Source: an uncultured Candidatus Rokubacteria bacterium (lineage in GTDB: Bacteria; Methylomirabilota; Methylomirabilia; Rokubacteriales; CSP1-6). From it: a stretch of DNA of 64,000 nt. The notes beneath the pieces are model-generated. The model did no database searches. It was not told the DNA's origin and saw nothing but the letters and a program-made list of their open reading frames with translations. Below, one piece after another: positions 8,117-23,412 of the stretch (position 1 is its first letter; each line of letters starts with the position of its first letter). The DNA lies in contig CAVXJS010000007.1 of assembly GCA_963762145.1 (NCBI GenBank), positions 256,001 through 320,000 on the forward strand, in the 5' to 3' direction. Position numbers and translations under genes: made by a program.

Positions 8117-9913
8117 TCACGCGTCCGCGCGCAGGCGCGCGGGGCGCCCCGCCTGGGACAGGTTGCAGGCGCTGTTGACGAGGGCGATGTGGGAGAGGGC
8201 CTGGGGGAAGTTGCCGAGCTGGCGGCGGGCTCGGGGATCGTACTGCTCGGCGAGCAGCCCCACGTCGTTGCGCAGCGCGAGCAGCCGCTCGTAGAGCCGG
8301 CGCGCCTCGTCGCCGCGCCCGAGCAGGACCAGGTTGTCCACCAGCCAGAACGAGCAGGCGAGGAAGAGCGCCCTCGCCCGGCGGGAGGCCATCCACGCCG
8401 GACTCGGTCGGGTAGCGCTGGACGAGCCCGTCCACGAGGAGCTCCCGCTCGATCGCGGCCACCGTCCCGCGCACCCGCGGATCCTCGGCGGGCAGGAAGC
8501 CCACGAGCGGGATCATGAGGAGGCTCGCGTCGAGCTCGGACGCGCCGTAGGACTGCACGAACGCGTTGCGGCCCGGATCGAAGCCGCGCCGGCAGACGTC
8601 CTCGTGAATCGCGGCCCGGAGCGCGCGCCACCGATCCGTCGGGGCCCGCCCGGGGGCCGTCTCGCCCAGCTTCACCATCCGGTCGGCGGCCACCCACGCC
8701 ATCACCTTGGAGTGGGTGAAGTGCCGGCGCGGGCCGCGCACCTCCCAGATGCCCTCGTCCGGCTCCGTCCACACCGATTCGAGGTGCCGCATGAGCGTGT
8801 TGATGCACGCGCCAGTCGTCTCCATCCGGCGCGAGCCCGGCCCGGGCGCCCGCGTAGGTCGCGTCGAGCATCTCGCCCCAGACGTCCAGTTGAAACTGAG
8901 CATGGGCCGCGTTGCCCACGCGCACCGGGGCGGAGCCCTCGTACCCGGGCAGCCACGGCAGCTCGAGCTCGGTGAGTCGCCGCTCGCCCCCGAGGCCGTA
9001 CATGATCTGGAGCTGGGCGGGCGTGCCCGCGAGGGCGCGGAGCAGCCACTGCCGCCAGGCGCGCGCCTCGTCGAGATAGCCGCCCAGGATCAACGCGTAG
9101 AGCGCGAAGGTCGCGTCCCGGACCCAGCACAGGCGGTAGTCCCAGTTGCGCACGCCGCCCAGCCGCTCGGGCAGCGAGGTGGTCGGCGCGGCGACGATGC
9201 CGCCGGTGGGCTCGTAGATCATGGCCTTGATCGTGATGAGGGAGCGCAGCACCGCGTCGCGGTCGGGGCCCTCGTAGGTGCAGCGCCCGGCCCACTCGTC
9301 GCCACCACGCCTCGGTCTCCGCGATGGCGCGGTCGCGGCTCGACCGGCGCCGGCGGCGGCAGGTGCGACGGATGCCAGGCCATCGACAGCGAGCGCGTGC
9401 TCGCCGGCCGCGACGGTGAAGTCGGCGACGGTGGTGAGCCCTTCGCCGTGGAGCGGCACGTCGGTGGTGAGGAGGAGCGCGTCGGGCCCCGCCACCGCCC
9501 GGATGCCCCGGGCCGAGCGGCGGACCCAGGGCACCACCGAGCCGTAGTCCATGCGAATCACGAGCTCCATGCGCATGGCGACCGTGCCCCGGACGCCCTG
9601 GACCTGGCGCACGACCACCGGCGGCCCGGCGCGCTGGGGCATGCAGTCCACGACGGTGGCGGCTCCGGTGTCCGTCTCGAAGGTGGTCTCCAGGATGAGC
9701 GTGTCGTCGCGGTATCGGCGCTGCGCCGCGCGCGCCCCCGTCGCGCGGCGCGAGCCTCCAGCGCCCGTGCTCGGGCCCGCCCAGCAGCGCGGCCAGGCAC
9801 GCCGGGGAGTCGAAACGGGGCAGACAGAGCCAATCGATGGAACCGGCGCGAGAGATCAGCGCCGCGGTCTCGCCGTCGCCGATCAGCGCATAGTCTTCGA
9901 TGGGGTCGGACAT
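8117..9913 (-). CDS. Glycoside hydrolase family 15 (glucoamylase/trehalase-like), frameshifted
   Basis: [59 protein letters not shown]. Confidence 0.93.
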
Positions 9914-9933
9914 GGGCGAGTGGGGGCTGTTCC

Positions 9934-9962
9934 TTGACCAGCCCGGGACGTCATGTTAGCGT
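9934..9962 (+). promoter_or_regulatory. Putative sigma70 promoter of the TCA cluster
   Basis: TTGACC-N17-TAGCGT with an extended -10 TG; SD GAGGAGG precedes the acn ATG at 10048. Confidence 0.6.
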
Positions 9963-10047
9963 AAGTACGGATTTTATCTAGTCGCCTCCCGCCTCTCACC
10001 AGGTGGGAGGCGATACGTGTGTGTACCGCCGGTCGAGGAGGCCCACC

Positions 10048-14530
<4,483 letters not shown>

Positions 14531-14571
14531 CCCCTTCTCCCTCTCCCCGGGGGGAGAGGCAGGGTGAGGGG
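14531..14571. repeat. Palindromic element family B (BoxC-like), single unit
   Basis: CCCTCTCCCCGGGGGGAGAGGCAGGGTGAGGGG immediately after the mdh stop. Confidence 0.85.
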
Positions 14572-14586
14572 TGGTTGGAGGCAGAG

Positions 14587-15060
14587 ATGGCGAAGGCGAT
14601 TCCGGACGGGTACCACACCGTGACCGCGGCCCTGACCGTCAAGGACGGCGCCGCGGCGATCGAGTTCTATCAGAAGGCCTTCGGCGCGCGCGAGATCATG
14701 CGCGTGAACGGCCCCGAAGGCAAGATCATGCACGCCGAGATCCAGGTCGGCGATTCCCGCGTCATGCTGGCCGACGAGAGCCCGGGGATGGGTTGCGTTG
14801 CGCCGGTCTCGGTGGGGCAGACCACCGGCTCGCTCTACCTGTACGTACCCGACGTGGACGCCGCCTTCAAGCGCGCGGTGGGGGCGGGCGCCAAGGTGGC
14901 CATGCCGGTCACCGACATGTTCTGGGGCGACCGCTTCGGCGCGGTCGACGATCCCTCCGGCCACCGCTGGGGGCTCGCCACCCACGTCGAGGATCCGAGC
15001 CCCGAGCAGATGGCGCAGCGGCAGAAGGAGTTCTTCGCCTCGATGGCCAGCAAGAAGTAG
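14587..15060 (+). CDS. VOC/glyoxalase (PhnB-like) family protein
   Basis: AIPDGYHTVT, AIEFYQKAFGA, HAEIQVGD, DMFWGDRFG.V.DP.GH.W. Confidence 0.9.
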   Translation: MAKAIPDGYHTVTAALTVKDGAAAIEFYQKAFGAREIMRVNGPEGKIMHAEIQVGDSRVMLADESPGMGCVAPVSVGQTTGSLYLYVPDVDAAFKRAVGAGAKVAMPVTDMFWGDRFGAVDDPSGHRWGLATHVEDPSPEQMAQRQKEFFASMASKK

Positions 15061-15064
15061 CCGG

Positions 15065-15907
15065 ATGCGCGAGATCCACGTCTCCTCCATCGTCGACGCG
15101 GTCAAGAAGCTCTGCATGGAGGCGAACTACTCCCTCGAGCCCGACATGCTGCGGGCCTTCGCGGGCGCGCTCCAGACCGAGCGCTCGCCGGCCGGGCGTC
15201 AGGTCCTCCAGATCCTCCAGCAGAACGCGGAGCTGGCCCGCACCAAGAAGATCCCCTACTGCCAGGATACCGGCTTCGTGGTCTGCTTCATCGAGCTGGG
15301 GCAGGACGTGCATGTCACCGGGGGCGGGCTCTACGATGCGATCAACGAGGGGGTGCGGCAGGGCTACAAGGAAGGCTACCTCCGCGCCTCCATCGTGCGG
15401 TCGCCCTTCGACCGGGTGAACACCGGCGACAACACGCCGGCGGTGATCCATCTCGACGTGGTGGCGGGCAGCGCGCTCCACATCCAGATCATGGCCAAGG
15501 GCGGCGGCTGCGAGAACCGCTCGAAGTACAAGATGCTCACGCCCGCGGAGGGCGTGGACGGCGTCAAGGAGTGGATCCTCGAGTGCATCCGCACCGCGGG
15601 CCCCGACGCGTGCCCGCCGCTCATCGCGGGGGTCGGCGTGGGCGGCACCTTCGAGCAGGCGGCGCGGCTCAGCAAGAAGGCGCTCTTCCGCGAGCTGGGC
15701 GCTCCCAGTCCGGATCCGGCGGTCGCGGCGATCGAGAAGGAAGTCCTCGAGCGCGCCAACCGGCTCGGCATCGGGCCGCAGGGCTACGGCGGCGACACCA
15801 CCGCGTTCGGCATCCACATCCTCACGTATCCCTGCCACATCACGAGCCTCCCGGTGGCGGTCACCATCGAGTGCCACGCGCATCGCCACAAGGAGGCCTC
15901 GCTATGA
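15065..15907 (+). CDS. Class I (Fe-S) fumarate hydratase, alpha subunit
   Basis: PYCQDTG, NTGDNTPAV, KGGGCEN, ACPP..GVGVGG, GIGPQGYGG, ECHAHRH. Confidence 0.92.
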   Translation: MREIHVSSIVDAVKKLCMEANYSLEPDMLRAFAGALQTERSPAGRQVLQILQQNAELARTKKIPYCQDTGFVVCFIELGQDVHVTGGGLYDAINEGVRQGYKEGYLRASIVRSPFDRVNTGDNTPAVIHLDVVAGSALHIQIMAKGGGCENRSKYKMLTPAEGVDGVKEWILECIRTAGPDACPPLIAGVGVGGTFEQAARLSKKALFRELGAPSPDPAVAAIEKEVLERANRLGIGPQGYGGDTTAFGIHILTYPCHITSLPVAVTIECHAHRHKEASL

Positions 15908-15919
15908 GGGTGAACAACG

Positions 15920-16002
15920 CCCCCTCACCCTGCCCTCTCCCCCTCCGGGGGCGAGGGTTCGAGGCTCCTTCTCCCCTTTGGGGAGAGGGCTGGGGTGAGG
16001 GG
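15920..16002. repeat. Palindromic element family B, inverted dimer
   Basis: CCCCTCACCCTGCCCTCTCCC...GAGGG, spacer, CTCCCC...GGGAGAGGGCTGGGGTGAGGGG, between the two fumarase subunit genes. Confidence 0.9.
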
Positions 16003-16004
16003 CG

Positions 16005-16583
16005 ATGATCTCGACCGGCGCTGACGGGATCAAGGACGTCACCCCGCCGCTCAGCGACGAGGACGTCCTATCGCTGAAGGCGGGCGATCGGGTGCGCATC
16101 ACCGGCGTCATGTACACCGCGCGCGACGCGGCCCACGCGCGGCTGCTGCCGCTCATCGACGCGGGCCAGCCGCTGCCGATCGACGTGCGGGGTCAGATCA
16201 TCTACTACACCGGGCCCTCGCCCGCGCGGCCCGGCGACGTGGTGGGCTCCATCGGCCCCACCACCGGCGGGCGCATGGACAAGTTCACCCCGAAGCTCCT
16301 GGCCCTGGGCCTCAAGGGCACGCTCGGCAAGGGGGCGCGCTCCCAGCCGGTCAAGGACGCGCTCCGCCAGCACAAGGGCGTCTACTTCGGGGCCATCGGC
16401 GGCGCGGGCGCGGTGCTCTCGGGCTTCGTGAAGAAGCTCGAGACCGTGGCCTACGAGGATCTGGGCACCGAGGCCATCCGACGCCTCGAGGTCGCGGGGT
16501 TTCCCGCCATCGTGGTCAACGACTGCCACGGCGGCGATCTCTATCAGGACGGCATGAAGGCCTACGCGAGGGAGAACGCATGA
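16005..16583 (+). CDS. Class I fumarate hydratase, beta subunit
   Basis: LKAGD.V.ITG..YTARDAAH, YY.GP, GPTT..RM, YEDLG.EAI, D.HGGDLY. Confidence 0.92.
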   Translation: MISTGADGIKDVTPPLSDEDVLSLKAGDRVRITGVMYTARDAAHARLLPLIDAGQPLPIDVRGQIIYYTGPSPARPGDVVGSIGPTTGGRMDKFTPKLLALGLKGTLGKGARSQPVKDALRQHKGVYFGAIGGAGAVLSGFVKKLETVAYEDLGTEAIRRLEVAGFPAIVVNDCHGGDLYQDGMKAYARENA

Positions 16584-17398
16584 ACGGCGCAACGGCGCAG
16601 AGGCAGGGCGGGCGGATCCTCGGGGAGGCGCGGCCGCCGATCGCGGCGGCGCATCTGCGGACGGATTCGTGGTGGGTGCTGCCGCTCACGGTGGTGGTGG
16701 TCCTGCTGTCCTTCATCATCTACTCCACGTGGGCCGCGTTCCAGAACGCCCACTACTTCGCCGACCCGTACCTCTCGCCCTTCTACTCGCCCTGCCTCAC
16801 CAAGTCGTGCCTGCACCAGAGCTTCTGGTGGGCCCTGCCCGACATCTCGCTCCCGATCATGGGGCTGGTGTCGCCCGCGTTCCTCATCCTGGCCGGGCCG
16901 GGACTCTTCCGCCTGAGCTGCTACTACTACCGCAAGGCCTACTACCGCTCCTTCTGGCTGGCGCCGCCGGCCTGCGCGGTGCGGGATGCCAAGGCGGGAT
17001 ACACCGGCGAGACGCGCTTCCCGCTCTTCCTCCAGAACTTCCACCGCTACGCCTGGTACGTGGCGGTGCTGTTCATCGTGATGCTGACCTGGGACGCCAT
17101 CCTCGCGTTCCGGTTCAAGGACGGCTTCGGGATCGGCGTCGGGACCATCGTGATGTGGATCAACGTGCTGTTCCTGGCCGGCTACACGTTCTCCTGCCAC
17201 TCCTGCCGGCACGTGTGCGGCGGGGCGGTCGACGTGTTCTCCAAGGCTCCGGTGCGCTTCAGCCTGTGGCGCGGGATCACCCGGCTCAACGAGAAGCACC
17301 CGATGTTCGCCTGGCTGTCCCTCTTCAGCGTGGGCCTGACGGATGTCTACATCCGCCTCGTCTCCATGGGGATCATCCGCGACTGGAGGATCATCTGA
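16580..17398 (+). CDS. Succinate dehydrogenase membrane subunit, mycobacterial Sdh1 (Rv0249c-like) type
   Basis: LRTD.WW, YLSPFYSPC, FRLSCYYYRKAYYRSFW..PPACAV, YTGETRFP, CHSCRH. Confidence 0.85.
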   Translation: MNGATAQRQGGRILGEARPPIAAAHLRTDSWWVLPLTVVVVLLSFIIYSTWAAFQNAHYFADPYLSPFYSPCLTKSCLHQSFWWALPDISLPIMGLVSPAFLILAGPGLFRLSCYYYRKAYYRSFWLAPPACAVRDAKAGYTGETRFPLFLQNFHRYAWYVAVLFIVMLTWDAILAFRFKDGFGIGVGTIVMWINVLFLAGYTFSCHSCRHVCGGAVDVFSKAPVRFSLWRGITRLNEKHPMFAWLSLFSVGLTDVYIRLVSMGIIRDWRII

Positions 17399-19200
17399 TG
17401 GCGACCGTGGAGTACGAGACACACGAGCACGACGTCCTGGTCATCGGAGCGGGCGGCGCCGGTCTGCGCGCGGCCATCGAGGCGGCGAGCCAGGGCGTGT
17501 CGGTGGGCCTGGTCTGCAAGTCGCTCCTCGGCAAGGCCCACACCGTCATGGCCGAGGGCGGCATCGCGGCCGCGATGGGCAACGTGTGGCCGGAGGACAA
17601 CTGGCAGGTGCACTTCCGCGACACCATGCGCGGCGGCAAGATGCTCAACAACTGGCGCATGGCCCAGCTCCACGCGCAGGAGAGCCCCGAGCGCGTGCTG
17701 GAGCTGGAGCGCTACGGGGCCCTCTTCGATCGCACCAAGGACGGCCTGATCTCCCAGCGGGACTTCGGCGGCCATCGCTACGCGCGGCTGGCCCACGTGG
17801 GCGACCGCACCGGCCTCGAGATGATCCGCACGCTCCAGTACCACGCGATCCACCAGCCGATCGACGTGTACATGGAGTGCAAGATCGAGCGGCTGATCAA
17901 GGACGGCGAGCGGGTGGCCGGAGCCTTCGGCTACTGGCGCAACACCGGCCAGTTCGTGCTCTTCAAGGCCAAGGCGGTCGTGCTGGCCACCGGCGGCATC
18001 GGCAAGGCCTGGAAGTACACCTCGAACTCCTGGGAGTACAGCGGCGACGGGCACTCGCTGGCGTTCTGGGCCGGCGCGGACCTGATCGACATGGAGTTCG
18101 TCCAGTTCCATCCCACCGGGATGGTGTGGCCCCCGTCGGTGCGCGGCATCCTTGTGACGGAGAGCGTGCGCGGCGACGGCGGCACGCTGAAGAACACCGC
18201 GGGGGAGCGCTTCATGTTCAACTACATCCCCGAGTTCTTCAAGGGCGAGACCGCGGACAACCAGGAGGAAGCCGACCGCTGGTACCAGGACAAGAAGAAC
18301 AACCGGCGGACCCCGGACCTCCTGCCCCGTGACGAGGTCGCGCGGGCCATCAACTCCGAGGTGAAGGCCGGCCGCGGCACCGTGCACGGCGGCGTGTTCC
18401 TCGATATCTGCACCCGACGGCCCGCCGACTACATCCGCAAGCGCTTGCCCTCGATGTACCACCAGTTCAAGGAGCTGGCCGGGGTCGACATCACCAAGGA
18501 GGCGATGGAGGTGGGCCCGACCATGCACTACGTCATGGGCGGGGTGCGGGTGGACGCCGATTCCACCGCGGCCACCGTCCCCGGCCTCTTCGCGGCCGGC
18601 GAGGTGGCGGGCGGGCTCCACGGCAGCAACCGGCTCGGCGGCAACTCCCTGGGCGACCTGCTGGTGTTCGGGCGGCGGGCGGGGCTGCACGCCGCGCTCT
18701 ACTGCAAGAACCTGGGCGGGCGGCTCACGGTGGACGCGGGACAGGTGGAGTCGATCGCGCGCACCATGCTCGAGCCCTTCACCCGCTCGGGCGGCGAGAA
18801 CCCGTACACGATCCAGGCCGACCTGCAGGACACCATGCACGAGCTGGTCGGCATCATCCGGGTCGAGAACGAGCTAAAGGAAGCGCTCAAGAAGCTCGAG
18901 GCGCTCAAGCAGCGGGCGGCCAAGGTCCGCGTCGAGGGCGGCCGGATCTACAACCCGGGCTGGCACCTGGCGCTCGACCTGACCTCCCTCCTGACCGTCT
19001 CGGAGTGCTGCGCGCTCGCCGCGCTGGAGCGCAAGGAGAGCCGCGGCGGCCATACTCGCGAGGACCATCCGTACACCGACGACACCTGGGGGACGGTCAA
19101 CCTCGTCTCCCGCCAGCAGGGCGACCGGGTGGACCTGCGGCGTGAGCCGCTGCCCCAGATGCCCCCCGAGCTGAAGGCTCTCTTCCAGGAGCGGAAGTGA
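17398..19200 (+). CDS. sdhA: Succinate dehydrogenase flavoprotein subunit
   Basis: GKAHTVMAEGG (covalent-FAD His), QFHPTG, LVTESVRGDGG, PRDEVAR, HYVMGG, HGSNRLGGNSL. Confidence 0.95.
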   Translation: MATVEYETHEHDVLVIGAGGAGLRAAIEAASQGVSVGLVCKSLLGKAHTVMAEGGIAAAMGNVWPEDNWQVHFRDTMRGGKMLNNWRMAQLHAQESPERVLELERYGALFDRTKDGLISQRDFGGHRYARLAHVGDRTGLEMIRTLQYHAIHQPIDVYMECKIERLIKDGERVAGAFGYWRNTGQFVLFKAKAVVLATGGIGKAWKYTSNSWEYSGDGHSLAFWAGADLIDMEFVQFHPTGMVWPPSVRGILVTESVRGDGGTLKNTAGERFMFNYIPEFFKGETADNQEEADRWYQDKKNNRRTPDLLPRDEVARAINSEVKAGRGTVHGGVFLDICTRRPADYIRKRLPSMYHQFKELAGVDITKEAMEVGPTMHYVMGGVRVDADSTAATVPGLFAAGEVAGGLHGSNRLGGNSLGDLLVFGRRAGLHAALYCKNLGGRLTVDAGQVESIARTMLEPFTRSGGENPYTIQADLQDTMHELVGIIRVENELKEALKKLEALKQRAAKVRVEGGRIYNPGWHLALDLTSLLTVSECCALAALERKESRGGHTREDHPYTDDTWGTVNLVSRQQGDRVDLRREPLPQMPPELKALFQERK

Positions 19201-19958
19201 TGGCGACGAACTTCACGATGAAGGTGTTTCGTGGTGACCCGGCCGGCGGTGACTTCAAGGAGTACACCGTCGAGGGCGGCGAGGGCATGGTGGTGCTGGA
19301 CGTGATCCACCGGATCCAGGCCACCCACGCCCCGGACCTGGCCTGCCGCTGGAACTGCAAGGCGGGCAAGTGCGGCTCCTGCAGCGCGGAGATCAACGGC
19401 AAGCCCCGCCTGATGTGCATGACCCGGATGGACATCTTCGAGCCGAACGAGGTGGTCACGGTGGCCCCGATGCGGACGTTCCCGATCATCCGGGACCTGG
19501 TGACCGACGTCTCCTACAACTACGAGAAGGCCAAGCAGGTGCCGCCGCTACGGCTGCCGCCGCCGGACGCGGACGGCAAGTACCGGATGATGCAGGAGGA
19601 CGTCGAGCGAGCCCAGGAGTTCCACAAGTGCATCGAGTGCTTCCTGTGCCAGAACGTCTGCCACGTCAGCCGCGACCACGAGGGGTTGAAGAAGCAGTTC
19701 TCGGGGCCGCGCTTCTTCATCAAGATCGCGGGGCTCGAGATGCACCCGCTCGACACGCGCGACCGCTCCGAGTTCGTGGGCACGCAGGCGGGCGTCGGGC
19801 TCTGCAACATCACCAAGTGCTGCACCGAGGTCTGCCCGGAGCACATCCACATCACGGACAACGGCATCATCCCGATGAAGGAGCGGATGGCCGATAACTT
19901 CGACCCGATCGTGTGGGTGATGCGCAAGCTCCGCGGCCACAAGAAGGCGTCGCCCTGA
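19200..19958 (+). CDS. sdhB: Succinate dehydrogenase iron-sulfur subunit
   Basis: [32 protein letters not shown]. Confidence 0.93.
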   Translation: MATNFTMKVFRGDPAGGDFKEYTVEGGEGMVVLDVIHRIQATHAPDLACRWNCKAGKCGSCSAEINGKPRLMCMTRMDIFEPNEVVTVAPMRTFPIIRDLVTDVSYNYEKAKQVPPLRLPPPDADGKYRMMQEDVERAQEFHKCIECFLCQNVCHVSRDHEGLKKQFSGPRFFIKIAGLEMHPLDTRDRSEFVGTQAGVGLCNITKCCTEVCPEHIHITDNGIIPMKERMADNFDPIVWVMRKLRGHKKASP

Positions 19959-19962
19959 TCGC

Positions 19963-21131
19963 ATGAAGATCCACGAGTATCAGGGCAAGGCGATCCTGAA
20001 GGAGTTCGGGGTTCCGGTGCCGAACGGGGACGTGGCCGAGACGCCGGCCCAGGCGCGGGCGATCGCCCAGAAGCTGGGCGGCCGGGTGGTCGTCAAGGCG
20101 CAGGTGCACGCGGGCGGGCGCGGCAAGGCCGGCGGCGTGAAGCTGGCCGACGACGCGGCGGGCGCCGAGGCCGCGGCCAAGCAGATCCTCGGCATGATGC
20201 TCAAGACCCCGCAGACCCCGCCCGAGGGCATCAAGGTGCTCAAGGTCCTGGTGGAGGAGGCCTCGCCGATCGCCACCGAGCTCTACCTCTCGATGACGCT
20301 CGACCGCGGCCGCGGCACCCACGTGGTGATGGCCTCGCAGGCGGGCGGCATGGACATCGAGGAGGTCGCGGCCACCCACCCGGAGAAGATCATCCGGGAG
20401 TGGACGGACCCGGCGCTCGGGCTGCAGGCCTTCCAGGCCCGAAACCTCGCGTTCGGCCTGGGGCTCAAGGGCGACCAGTTCAAGGCCGGCGTGACGCTGA
20501 TCATGAACCTCTTCCGGGCCTACCTCGAGAAGGACTGCTCGCTGGCCGAGATCAATCCCCTGGTGGTGACGAAGGACGGGCGGGTGCTGGCGCTGGACGC
20601 CAAGCTCAACTTCGACGACAACGCGCTCTACCGCCACAAGGACGTCGTCGCGCTCCGCGACATCAACGAGGAGACGCCGCTCGACGTCGAGGCCTCGAAG
20701 CACGGCCTCAACTACATCAAGCTCGACGGCAACGTGGGCTGCATGGTGAACGGCGCCGGCCTCGCGATGGCCACCATGGACATCGTCAAGCTGGCGGGCG
20801 GCGAGCCGGCCAACTTCCTGGACGTGGGCGGCGGCGCCTCGCCCGAGCAGATCGAGAACGCCTTCCGCATCCTCTCCTCCGACCCGAGCGTCAAGGCGGT
20901 CTTCATCAACGTGTTCGGAGGAATCCTCGGGTGGATCGGCTCGCCGAGGGCATCATCGCCGCGGTGAAGAAGCTGGGACTCAAGCTCCCGGTGGTGCTCC
21001 GCGCCGAGGGCACGAACGTGGAGCAGGGCAAGAAGATGCTGGCCGAGTCGGGGTTGGCCCTCGTGATGGTCGACGACATGGGCGAGGGGGCGAAGAAGGT
21101 GGTCGAGCTGGCCCGTGGGGCGCGCGCGTGA
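19963..21131 (+). CDS. sucC: Succinyl-CoA synthetase beta subunit (frameshift near 20930)
   Basis: [50 protein letters not shown]. Confidence 0.95.
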
Positions 21132-22006
21132 GCATCCTGGTCGACAAGAAGACACGGGTGCTCGTGCAGGGCATCACCGGCAAGGAGGGCGCCTTCCACG
21201 CCGCGCGGTGCAAGGAGTACGGCACCCAGGTGGTGGGCGGGGTCACGCCGGGCAAGGGCGGGACGACTCACGAGGGCTTCGCGGTCTGGAACACGGTGGA
21301 GGAGGCGGTCAAGGCCACCGGCGCCGACTGCGCGCTGATCTTCGTGCCGCCCCCCGCCGCGGCCGACGCGATCATGGAAGCGGCCGACGCGGGGGTGCCG
21401 CTCGTGGTGTGCATCACCGAGGGGGTGCCGGTCGCGGACATGGTGCGGGTGAAGGCGTTTCTCGGCCGCACCGCGAGCCGGCTCATCGGCCCCAACTGCC
21501 CGGGGCTGATCACGCCGGGCCAGGCCAAGATCGGGATCATGCCGGGGCACATCCACAAGGTCGGCAACGTGGGCGTGGTCTCGCGAAGCGGGACGCTGAC
21601 CTACGAGGTCGTGCACCAGCTCACCCAGCGCGGGCTCGGTCAGTCCTCCTGCGTGGGCATCGGGGGCGACCCGGTCAACGGCACCAACTTCATCGACGTG
21701 CTGAAGCTGTTCCAGGCCGATCCCGAGACGACCTCGATCATGATGATCGGCGAGATCGGCGGCACCGCCGAGGAGGAGGCCGCCGCCTTCATCAAGGCCC
21801 ACGTCACCAAGCCGGTGGTGGGGTTCATCTGCGGCCAGACCGCGCCGCCCGGCCGCCGCATGGGCCACGCCGGCGCCATCATCGCCGGGGGCAAGGGGAC
21901 GGCGGCCGAGAAGATGGCCGCCATGGAAGCCGCCGGCATCACCACCGTCAAGAGCCCCGCCGACATGGGCGCCACCGTGGCGCGTGTGGTGGGCAAGAAA
22001 GGGTAG
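21128..22006 (+). CDS. sucD: Succinyl-CoA synthetase alpha subunit
   Basis: [36 protein letters not shown] (phospho-His). Confidence 0.97.
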   Translation: MSILVDKKTRVLVQGITGKEGAFHAARCKEYGTQVVGGVTPGKGGTTHEGFAVWNTVEEAVKATGADCALIFVPPPAAADAIMEAADAGVPLVVCITEGVPVADMVRVKAFLGRTASRLIGPNCPGLITPGQAKIGIMPGHIHKVGNVGVVSRSGTLTYEVVHQLTQRGLGQSSCVGIGGDPVNGTNFIDVLKLFQADPETTSIMMIGEIGGTAEEEAAAFIKAHVTKPVVGFICGQTAPPGRRMGHAGAIIAGGKGTAAEKMAAMEAAGITTVKSPADMGATVARVVGKKG

Positions 22007-22019
22007 GGACCCCGCCGCG

Positions 22020-22445
22020 ATGGCCGTCCAGCGCACTCTCACCATCATCAAGCCGGACGCCGTGGCCAAGGGCGTGTCGGGGCAGATCATCGCCCGCTTC
22101 GAGCAGGCGGGTCTCAAGGTGCTGGCCGCCAAGCTGATCCACCTGAGCCAGGCTCAGGCCGGCGGCTTCTACATCGTCCACAAGGAGCGCCCGTTCTACG
22201 GAAGCCTCTGTGCCTTCATGACCCAGGGCCCGTGCATGCCGATCGTCCTCGAGGGCGAGAACGCGATCGCTCGCCTGCGCGAGCTGATGGGCGCGACGGA
22301 CCCGGCCAAGGCCGCGGCGGGGACCATTCGCAAGGACTTTGCTTCCTCGATCGAGGCCAACGCGGTCCACGGCTCCGACTCGCCCGAATCGGCCGCGTTC
22401 GAGATCCCCTACTTCTTCGGCGCGCTCGAGATCTTTCCCCGCTAG
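22020..22445 (+). CDS. ndk: Nucleoside diphosphate kinase
   Basis: [30 protein letters not shown]. Confidence 0.97.
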   Translation: MAVQRTLTIIKPDAVAKGVSGQIIARFEQAGLKVLAAKLIHLSQAQAGGFYIVHKERPFYGSLCAFMTQGPCMPIVLEGENAIARLRELMGATDPAKAAAGTIRKDFASSIEANAVHGSDSPESAAFEIPYFFGALEIFPR

Positions 22446-22458
22446 TCGGGGAGGCCGC

Positions 22459-22983
22459 GTGCACTTCCCGGCCGTCCTCGGGCGAAAGCAGCGCCTCCTC
22501 GCCGGGGTGGTCGGCATCGGGCTCGGCTTCGGCGGGCCCTTTCTGCTGTCGGTCGCGCTGGTGGCCAGCTCCGGCGATCCGAGCCTGCTCATCCTGCCGC
22601 TGCCGTTCCTGGGCGCGTTGTGGATGATCCAGGGCCTCGCGCCGAGCGGCTACACGCTGGAGGAGGGAGGCCTGCGCCTCGAGCGGCGCTGGGCGCGGCG
22701 GCTCATCCCCTACGACCGCATCACCGGCTGCGACCGCGAGCCCCGACCCATCGGCGGCCTGCTCGCGGCCGGCATCAACGGCCTGTTCGGCTCCCGCGGG
22801 CCCCGCTGGAACCCGCGCACCGGCTGGCACTATCTCGCGATCACCAATACCGACGACCTCGTGTTCGTCCACACGCGCGGCGGCCTCGTGGTGCTCTCGC
22901 CAAGCCGCCCCGACGAGTTCGTCGCCGCGCTTCACGCCGAGCTGCCCGCCGCGCCCACGTCATGGCCGACCCGATCGTCGTGA
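22459..22983 (+). CDS. Membrane protein with probable bacterial PH domain
   Basis: Two N-terminal TM segments, then GYTL..GGL, G.NGLFG, VVLSP..PDEF; GTG start after SD GGAGG. Confidence 0.6.
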   Translation: MHFPAVLGRKQRLLAGVVGIGLGFGGPFLLSVALVASSGDPSLLILPLPFLGALWMIQGLAPSGYTLEEGGLRLERRWARRLIPYDRITGCDREPRPIGGLLAAGINGLFGSRGPRWNPRTGWHYLAITNTDDLVFVHTRGGLVVLSPSRPDEFVAALHAELPAAPTSWPTRSS

Positions 22984-23396
22984 CCGCGGACGTGCGCGTG
23001 CCGGCCTCCGCGCTGACCGTGCATGCGGCGCGGGCCTCGGGGCCGGGCGGGCAGAACGTGAACAAGGTGGCGACCAAGATCGACCTGCGCGTTGATCTCG
23101 CCGCGATCGAAGGCCTGCCGGATGATGCGCGGACGCGCCTCTACCGGCTGGCGCAGAACCGACTCGACGCGGAGGGGCGCCTGATGGTCATCAGCCAGGT
23201 TACGCGCAACCAGGCGCGTAACCTGGAGGATGCGCGCACCCGGATCGCTGACCTGATTCGTGCCGCGCTCGTGGCGCCGCGGCGGCGCGTCAAGACGCGG
23301 CCCTCGGCGGGCGCGAAGGGGCGGCGGCTGGCGGGCAAGAAGCGCCGGGCGGACGTGAAGCGCTGGCGCGCGCGGCCGGGCGAGGCCGACGGTTGA
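22962..23396 (+). CDS. arfB: Alternative ribosome-rescue peptidyl-tRNA hydrolase
   Basis: RASGPGGQNVNKV, R.Q.RN, basic C-terminal tail RR.KTRPS..KKRR. Confidence 0.93.
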   Translation: MADPIVVTADVRVPASALTVHAARASGPGGQNVNKVATKIDLRVDLAAIEGLPDDARTRLYRLAQNRLDAEGRLMVISQVTRNQARNLEDARTRIADLIRAALVAPRRRVKTRPSAGAKGRRLAGKKRRADVKRWRARPGEADG

Positions 23397-23412
23397 CCAC
23401 TCAGGTGGTGCG

